NCBI GenBank assembly: GCA_051294905.1 | Contig: CM119372.1 | Location: forward strand, 30,072,001-30,136,000 | Length of the DNA: 64,000 bases | Direction: 5' to 3' | DNA from: Botryllus schlosseri | Lineage: Eukaryota | In this document: positions 63,540 through 64,000 of the stretch, piece by piece | Position numbering within the stretch: position 1 is the stretch's first letter | Layout: each line of letters opens with the position of its first letter | Program-made: the position numbers and the translations under genes | Notes under the pieces: generated by a model | Seen by the model: only the letters and a program-made list of their open reading frames with translations | Told to the model about the DNA's origin: nothing | The model's database searches: none

Positions 63540-63807
63540 CGTGGTTATTTGCGCCCACACAGTAAATTTCATAATCGCATAATGGCATGTCTTCATGAAC
63601 TTGAGTCTTTTTTTCGGCTCATTTGCTGCCTCCTTTCACGAGTTCGGCTCTCTCTTCGTCTGGGCTTTTCAATGCGCTGTATTACAGCGGGATCGGCGAT
63701 GAGGAGCCCAGATAAACCTCCGACACATAGAAATATGGCAGAGCCGAGACTCGAACCATCAACCGTCGATGTCGTGACTACAGTGTTTAACCAACTGCGC
63801 CACTCGC
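63540..63807 (-). mobile_element. Diverged tRNA-derived SINE sharing the central core
   Basis: A-box TGGCGCAGTTGG, B-box GGTTCGAGTCT and core GTGTCGGAGGTTTATCTGGGCTCCTC. Confidence 0.7.
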
Positions 63808-64000
63808 TTATATAGTAACTTGCAAACTACGAACTAGTGAGTACCGCCATTTGAGGACTTCGTATATTATATTTCTTTTTCTTTTTTCGTGTCGCACCAG
63901 CGAAATATAGTTTCAGCCATACTATGAATCAATGACGTCCGAGAATAGACATGAATGTAAATTACGTCAGCAGGTTATTTCATGTCGGTGACCAATGATC

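Overview
AT-rich, intron-containing, transposon-dense animal DNA. A marine invertebrate, possibly an ascidian, is inferred from the gene families and is not proven. Host genes: a minus-strand tandem array of secreted single-domain F5/8 type C (discoidin) genes, with two complete 5-exon copies of 206 aa (20475-28971 and 50035-56716) and the last exon of a third (62839-63000). There is also an orphan 3' exon of a Sulfotransfer_4-like gene and an IAP-type RING relic. The most unusual element is a decayed Ty3/Gypsy-like retroelement (~4700-10710). It has a very long Gag with an in-frame signal-anchor/Ser-Thr-rich leader, a polybasic segment and a PTAP motif, followed by an A_AAA_AAC plus stem-loop -1 frameshift signal and a protease with an intact DTG motif. 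Its pol is reduced in frame to vestiges of RT, RNase H and integrase. Other mobile DNA: a near-intact hAT (hATm-like) transposon with 144-bp TIRs and one premature stop (43471-47057), more than 15 non-autonomous TIR elements nested up to three deep, tRNA-derived SINEs and LINE 3' fragments. All calls come from reading motifs by eye; no database searches were run.
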